Positions 55,661-64,000 of a stretch of DNA of 64,000 nt are shown piece by piece. Source of the DNA: Eledone cirrhosa (lineage: Eukaryota); NCBI GenBank assembly GCA_964016885.1, contig OZ024741.1, positions 28,210,001 to 28,274,000 of the forward strand. The letters run 5' to 3'. The notes below the pieces were generated by a model. The model saw only the letters and a program-made list of their open reading frames with translations, was not told the DNA's origin and ran no database searches. The position numbers were made by a program, and so were the translations under genes. The stretch's first letter is position 1; each line of letters starts with the position of its first letter.

Positions 55661-56658
55661 GATAAGCAGAACAAGTAAAATTCAATCAATCTTTTAAAAT
55701 ACATTAAAAAAAATATAATATAAATATTTACCTCTCCTAGTGGCCCTTACCGATAAGTTTCGCTTGGATGGATTTTTGATGGATTTTTGATGGATTTTCG
55801 ATGGATTTTTGATGGAAAACCAAAGCTCATCAGAGAAGCATTTTCCTTTCCTAGGGCTAAACGTCCCAGGAACGACAAAATATATAACCTCCTGCCAGCA
55901 AATAAAGGTCTGAAAGGTCGTAAAAGTGACCCGTATGTAAACTGGACCGAAGTAAAAGTGGGAAAATCAAAGACTTGCTGTCTACAATTACTACTAAAAA
56001 AAAATAGCAGCTAAATAGAACAACAGATTTGTTCTCAACATGACGGAGAAAATGATTGAAGTTAATATGTACAGGGATACTAGGTACCCCCAGAAATACA
56101 TAGGTTGTCTATGATTCAAGGTTGTTCAATGGTATTAATTTGATACACCAGAACATTTTTTTTAATGTATTTTAAAAGATTGATTGAATTTTACTTGTTC
56201 TGCTTATCTTAATATTAAAGTTCTGGTGTATCAAATTAATACCATTGAACAACCTTGAATCATAGACAACCTATGTATTTCTGGGGGTACCTAGTATCCC
56301 TGGACATATTAACTTCAATCATTTTCTCCGTCATGTTGAGAACAAATCTATTGTTCTATTTAGCTGCTATTTTTTTTAGTAGTAATTGTAGACAGCAAGT
56401 CTTTGATTTTCCCGCTTTTACTTCGGTCCAGTTTACATACGGGTCACTTTTACGACCTTTCAGACCTTTATTTGCTGGCAGGAGGTTATATATTTTGTCG
56501 TTCCTGGGACGTTTAGCCCTAGGAAAGGAAAATGCTTCTCTGATGAGCTTTGGTTTTCCATCAAAAATCCATCGGATTTATGAGGTTTTACAAAGCGAAA
56601 CTGATCAGTAAGGGCCACTAGGAGAGGTAAATATTTATATTATATTTTTTTTAATGTA

Positions 56659-56665
<7 letters not shown>
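55655..56665. mobile_element. Retrozyme-like inverted/permuted ~500-bp unit with two HHRs (55742-55839 minus; 56534-56616 plus)
   Basis: TTCT-CTGATGA-GCTTTG...CAAAGC-GAAAC-TGATCA-GTA-AGGG. 56220-56665 is the reverse complement of ~55695-56154, and 56155-56214 of 55655-55714. Confidence 0.85.
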
Positions 56666-56757
<92 letters not shown>

Positions 56758-57761
56758 ATTTAAGTACATATACTTGTGTTAATATCACATCCAGTCTCTT
56801 GTGAAATAAGAGTTGTAGTATTTCATTTTCATACATACATACACATATACACACACATACATAATTAATACACACATACACACATGTACTTACATACATG
56901 CATACATAGACACATACATACACACATACATACACACACACATACATACACATATATACACATATACATACACACATATACATTCATACACACATATACA
57001 TAGACACATACATAGACATATACATACACATGCCTACATACACATACATACACATGAATACACACATAATAGATCCATACATACTTAATGCATACATATA
57101 ATACATACAGATATACATACATACACACACATATAGATACATACACACACATATACATACATAGACACACATATACATACACACACAAACACATACATAC
57201 ACATACCTACATACACATTCATACACATATATACCTACAAACATACATAGATACATACATACTTAATGCATACATATACATACATACACACACATATACA
57301 TACATACACATACATACATACATACATACACACATACATACACACATATATACACACGCATATACATACACACATACATACACACGCATATACATACACA
57401 CACATATACATACACACATATACATACATACATACATACATACATACATACATACATACATACATACATACACACATACATACACACACACACATATATA
57501 CATACACACATACATATTTATGAAAACTCGAAATTTATTTGGGAAAACATAATAATCACACAAAAGCAACATTTTAATCTTCTATATAAGATCTTTCTAT
57601 TTCCATTATTCTGTATGAACCAAATAAGAAGCCATCTTATATTTAACTTATTGTTATAGTGAGAGGCATTGTTATTTAACTGTGTTCACATTTAACAGTG
57701 TATATGAGCAGTTCTCATTGCTTTAATAAAAAATATATAAATTACTGTAATCTGTTATATC

Positions 57762-58530
57762 ACAGATTGAGTTAAAAACTCAAAATAGTCTTTTACAATT
57801 AAATAGCTCAAAGAAGGGAATCTTTCCGAGCCGTGTAATATAATTGGATATATGAGACGGATGAACACAAATATAACTATACATGTGTTCCGATTGCAAA
57901 TGACCAAGTTAGCTAGGTTGAAAAATATTAATTTAAAACAATATGGTTTGCTTGACTCGATTTAACGTAATAAATCAGTAAAAATAACAAACCTATATCG
58001 GGCAAATAGCCTATGATACCCGGACAGACATAAATCTGTTTCGCAAGAATTATTAAGTGAAAGCTAGAATTCCTGTGCTCTTCTGCGGGTACCCAGGAAA
58101 ATTCGTACCTTTCATTTCGAAGGATCTAAGCCGACTGAACGATGCGCGGGTATAAACGCACATGTTACAGCGCCTAACGCGTCCCATACTCATGCCACTA
58201 AAAATAGCAGCTGGGTTTATGAGACTAAAGTTAGCTCTACATACATACGGAGCCGAGAATATCATAGATTGAATTAAAAACTCATAATAGTGTTTTACAA
58301 TTAAATAGCTCAAAGAAGGGAATCTTTCCGAGCCGTGTAATATAATTGGATATATGAGAGGGATGAACACAAATATAACTATACATGTGTTCCGATTGCA
58401 AATGACCAAGTTAGCTAGGTTGAAAAATACTAATTTAAAACAATATGGTTTGCTTGACTCGATTTAACATAATACACCAATAAAAATAACAAACCTATAT
58501 CGGGCAAATAGCCTATGATATCCAGACAAA
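57762..58530 (-). mobile_element. Retrozyme-like partial tandem repeat, period ~500 bp
   Basis: 57765-58028 is repeated at 58265-58528; contains the HHR at 58016-58092. Confidence 0.8.
58016..58092 (-). ncRNA. Type I hammerhead ribozyme (U4A core, 5-bp stem III)
   Basis: GTACCCG-CAGAAGA-GCACAGGAATT...AATTCTTGC-GAAACAGA-TTTATG-TCTGTC-CGGGTAT. Confidence 0.78.
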
Positions 58531-59724
58531 CAATTTTGTCGAATTATCTAGTATGCAGTTTAAATTTGAAGAAAATTACCTAAAAAGTACACGAGAGTCA
58601 ATTGTAAAGTTCATATAAAGACTATGAAGCAGTAATGCTAGAGCTGTAAAATCTTGCAGGCATTAATTTCAACCCTTTTTATTAATAACTTTCTCGTTTC
58701 TTTCCAGGGACTATGTTGAAAAATAAACCTCATTTGGTCATTCCATGAGAGTATCTTGGTCAGTCTATGAGGTTTTCAGCCCATGAACCTTTCAACCAAC
58801 CCTCGTATACACTTCTGTTATTTTTAACTGTTGATTGTGATAAGTATAATTCACCGAATGTTTTAGTAATATAAGAACTACTGGAATCTGTCGTATTACC
58901 AAATATTAATAGGAGGATATATCATAAACATTAAAAACGGAGAATTCTGTTGTACAATCCATTAAAAATGCGCGAACAAACATATGTGAAGTATATATGG
59001 TGCCGCTTTTCAAATTACTTAGTTAATCGTAAAAATAATCATATTAACATATGCTTCTAGAAAGTCATACAGGAGTCAGAAGGGTGATAGGGAGAACTGA
59101 ACAACTGGAAGATCTATTAAATGGTGGGGGTGATAAAATGTTAATATTTCCGTTATTAAAAGGCTTATTTACCTCAGCCATTGTATTTCCATTATCTATA
59201 AAAATGTTTCGCTATTTTATGTGTACTGGTTGTAGATATAGGTATATATTTTTATATTCTAGTTATAGAAAAATGCTATTGTCAGTTAGGTCATATGTTG
59301 TTGAATTGATAAATTCTTACAATTATATCGATCTCGCATTGGAAATGAAACGTGTTTTTACTTTAGGTTTTCTATAGGTTTTGAACGAAACTGGCTTCCA
59401 GTGGCAAAGTAAGGATAAAATAGGGAGTGGGTGGGGGTGAGCTGTGGCGGGGTGTAGTGGGGTGTGACATCATGTATATGTATATGTATATTCGGCTGAC
59501 TTTGTACTTTGTTTACAAACGAATCGAACATTATTATCGGACGCTATACTTTGCAGCATAGATTATGGCCCTTTATGGTCTCAGTTCAAATCCCGCCGAG
59601 GTTAACTTTGCCTTTCATCTTTATGGGGTCGATAAAATAAAGTACCAGTAATGCACTGGGGTAATTGCTGGCCTTGTGCCAAAAGTAGAAACAATTATTA
59701 ATGTTCGATATAACCCATACGTAC

Positions 59725-59766
<42 letters not shown>

Positions 59767-59958
59767 ATATATGTGTGTACGAGTGTATACTTAAATTTAT
59801 GTATCAGCTGTGTTAGGGCGAGAAATAAAATTCTAATTTTATTTTTAACATTCGGCAAGGCCAGCCGGAACTCGCTCGGTATGCAAATGAGGCTTCTCAG
59901 CTGATGTGTACTTAAGATACTATATATTTTCAACCGTTCAACAGACTGGCAGAAATAT

Positions 59959-60001
59959 ACAGACCCGATGAAGAGTAATGACCCAGAAACATGTTGATTG
60001 T
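59959..60001 (+). ncRNA. Degenerate hammerhead, family G (element ~59490-60110, interrupted by SINE A)
   Basis: ACAGAC-CCGATGA-AGAGTAATGACCCA-GAAAC-AT-GTT-GATTGT. Flanks are homologous to 38080-38400(-). Confidence 0.55.
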
Positions 60002-60244
60002 TCCTCAGAGCCAGTGTTGAACAAACAGCTGACGATCGGTCACCGGCACAGCACAGCTTCAAATCGGGCCGTTTGTTTACAAACGAATCGAACATCAGTA
60101 TTAATGTGCGTATATATGTATATGTGTATATGTGTGTGTATGTATATATATATATATATGTATATATATATGTGTGTACGTGTGCATACTTACATATATA
60201 TATATATGTTGATCTCGAGTCGAGTCGGGAGTAACCACAATATA

Positions 60245-60443
60245 TAATTGTTTCTACTTTTGGCACAAGGCCAGCAATTACCCAGTACATTACTGGTACT
60301 TTATTTTATCGACCCCGTAAGGATGAAAGGCAAAGTTAACCTCGGCGGAATTTGAACTCAGATCATAAAGGGACGTAACTCTATGCTTCAAAGCATGGTG
60401 TCCGACTCTCTACCGATACTGCCAATCCACCGTCCTGCCAATC
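60245..60443 (-). mobile_element. SINE A with TSD
   Basis: CCACAATATATAAT on both sides (60235 and 60443). Confidence 0.85.
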
Positions 60444-60864
60444 CACAATATATAATGTACTCAATACATGTGTAGAGTGACGATAGAGGTTTATATAGAA
60501 AAGGCTTCTCTCATCCCCTTAACCCTACCTCCCCCTCCCCATAGTAAAATAAATCTTTGATAATGGATAGAAAAATCGAACCCCGTATTCAAAGATATAT
60601 TTCAGCAAATCCGTACGGAAGGCGATAAGGAATTGAAAAATAAATATTTGCAATATCACTTTAAAATATGTTCTAAAAGTAGAACTGTCTCTATGGTTAA
60701 GTGGTGCAACTTCCGGTTGCATAAATGTGGATTTTAAACGGCACACAGTGTAAAGAGTTCAATTCCAAAAGAAGAAGAAGACCGTTCGTTCTCTATGTCT
60801 TCTGGCTTCGCTAGGCCCTGCCTGGCTCGCCTCGGCACTGTCCTTTGGCAACCCAACAACTGAC

Positions 60865-61142
60865 TAGCTGCGACTAACCCAGGTTCTGCTGCACCAGGTC
60901 GGGCTGAGGAGGCCAAACTCTCCAAATACTGGTCACTCTCCAACAGGTTTGCGGTCGTGCCTTTGGCAGTGGAGACTTATAGTGTCGTCGGCCCTAGGGC
61001 TACCTCCATACTCACCACCATAGGCGCTGAGCTGGCCAGCCGCAGGTGTGAGCCACGCGAGCTGGAATGGCTTTTCCAGCGCGTCTCCCTTGCCGTCCTC
61101 TGGGGAAACGCCTTCTCCATTCTGTCCGCCGGGGCTGTGGGG
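60865..61142 (+). pseudogene. CRE-clade LINE 3' fragment, same family as 34825
   Basis: PLAVETYSVVGPRATSILTTIGAELASRRCEPRELEWLFQRVSLA; closely similar to 36050-36325. Confidence 0.85.
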
Positions 61143-61488
61143 AGGCCAGCAATATGATTGACTGACTTGCTGTCGTTAATACGTATGTTCTTTTACACAG
61201 ACATCTAGTCAGAAACTAGGAAGACCAATGTAGAAATTCTCCATTCGCATTATGTTAAACCGATGGCCTCCCAGTACCTGATCCACTGAAGTTTAGCAGT
61301 ATGGTTTACTGTGACGTCATGTTTGTTTTGGAGTGGTGTATGTTTTGTTTATGGTGGTGGTGGTGGTGGTGGCGGTGGCGGCGGTGTGTTTGTGTGTGTG
61401 TGGTTCACTTCGTGTCTGGGTTGGTGTGTATTGCCAAAGGTTGTGTGTGTTAGGTAACAGACTAGAAAAATATGTTTTGTCTGAGTAT

Positions 61489-61562
<74 letters not shown>

Positions 61563-61764
61563 CAGATGAAACACCAGAATAAAGGAATATTTAAACTCTA
61601 CTTCTTTATCATGTCCGTCAATAATACACGTATATATATATACATATTACATTCAAAGTTATAGATGTCATGTTTGAGATAATCTCAAACATGCGTCTTA
61701 TCTCCCCAAAATAAGCTCAAAGAATAACTCAAGCAATAAATCCGAGCATTTAATCATTACAAAA

Positions 61765-61872
61765 TAATTGTTTCTATTTTTGGCATAAGGCCAGCAATTA
61801 ACCCAGTGTATTACTGGTACTTTATTTTATCGACCCCGTAAGGATGAAAGGCAAAGTTAACCTCGGCGGGAT
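61765..61872 (-). mobile_element. 5'-truncated SINE A
   Basis: Ends at CTCGGCGGGAT like the 10904 and 50056 copies; short ATAAT duplication. Confidence 0.8.
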
Positions 61873-63199
61873 AATGAATGACATATATAAATACAAACAT
61901 ATATACATATGAAACTTTAACAGGAGATAATCTGTATAGATTATAGGAACACAGGGTTTATTACGTAATCATATTAAAATTTAACAAACATTTAAAATAT
62001 AGATACCTGATAAAAATTATATACATTTTCCTCATATGTATCCTTCACAAATCATGAATACATTTCACCAAATATCGGTGTAGTTCGATGATCGATCTGG
62101 ATCGTCAGTGAGGGAATCGACTCATCTGAACTTACACCCATTAACATACAGAACTTAGAACAACGAAAGAAGCACATGGTATTATAAAAACACCTCAATA
62201 CAAGCAGTCGGCGTCACAGTGACGTGAGGTTAAATGACAACTAGAAATAGCAACCTAACCTCTCAACATATTGAAAGCTCAACCAAGTAGGAGCATAAAT
62301 ATATTACATTCAAAATTATAGTTATCTGGTTGCTATTTCTAGCTGAAAAACCAGCTACGTAAATGTTCTCTCTTGACCCGACAATTCATTGTGTTTGCGC
62401 AAGCGGGAGTTTTGACGTCCCTTTACGGTCTGAGTTCAAATCCCGTCGAGGTTAACTTTGCCTTTCATCCTTACGTGGTCGATAAAATAAAGTACTAGTA
62501 ATGTACTGGGTAATTGCTGGCCTTGTGCCAAAAGTAGAAACAATTAATTAAGGAGTCCAAGCCACTGCGAAGCATCTTGGGTCAAGCTATGCCTTATGTG
62601 TGAAATTGAATAGACTGAAATCAGCTTCATCACACACTGTTGCTGTGAATCTCGCTAAGAATTACTATAACGGTACATGTTTCTGTGGAGAACTCAGCAA
62701 TTACAAATTAATTTCAAGATCAGGTTGCTTCGTCAAATGGACACATGAAGTATCACTAGAGAAGAAATATCTAAGTATGTGTGTGGTATGTGGCGGGGTT
62801 TGATTGGTGTGTGTGAGCTAATGTCTGTATGCCTGTATATATCTGAAAGGTTATGTAAGCACATCTTTATATACACCCATGTCTGTTTGTATATATGTGT
62901 GCTTGTATATGTCGTTATATTTTGGCTATATATATGTTTGTTTGGGATCATATTTTATATATGTGTATACCTGTGTTGCGTAAGCTACTGTGGGTGCAGA
63001 GATAATAAGGAAATAATGTTATTGATAAGGTGAATAAAAGTTCTTCTCCGGAAGTTATATTTGTCAATGCTGGGCGGAAGTAGGAAACCCAGACAGACGT
63101 GTATTGTCAAAGATATAGAAATATATGTCTTTATTTAAATTTGCCTTAGATGTGTACAAGTATAATGTGTCTCCCAGACAGGAATATACTTACTTAGAC

Positions 63200-63945
<746 letters not shown>

Positions 63946-64000
63946 TATAATATAGGACGCTTAGTTTGGGTGGTATTGTTGTTATTTATATATTAATAGG

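Overview
AT-rich, microsatellite-saturated eukaryotic non-genic DNA. The SINE and repeat make-up resembles a cephalopod (octopus-like) genome, which is an inference. No host protein-coding exon could be recognised. The window is almost entirely retroelements: (i) Penelope-like elements (PLEs; RT + GIY-YIG), including a near-complete copy at ~16.3-23.3 kb in an inverted plus partial-tandem arrangement, and fragments of at least two PLE clades; (ii) CRE-, R4/Dong- and RTE-type LINE fragments; (iii) about 20 copies of a tRNA-derived SINE and copies of a second SINE group; (iv) MITE-like foldbacks. The main signal missing from the ORF track is about 30 type I hammerhead ribozyme (HHR) motifs, folded by eye, in roughly a dozen distinct non-coding families (PLE pseudo-LTRs and ~500-550 bp retrozyme-like units). 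Many have palindromic stem III, stem II domains enlarged to 50-97 nt, recurrent U4A/U4C core variants and compensatory base changes, and several inversion breakpoints fall on ribozyme boundaries. Separately, three SINE copies are 5'-truncated at the same T-loop position, next to the tRNA A58 equivalent. All structures are manual predictions; nothing was computed or searched.
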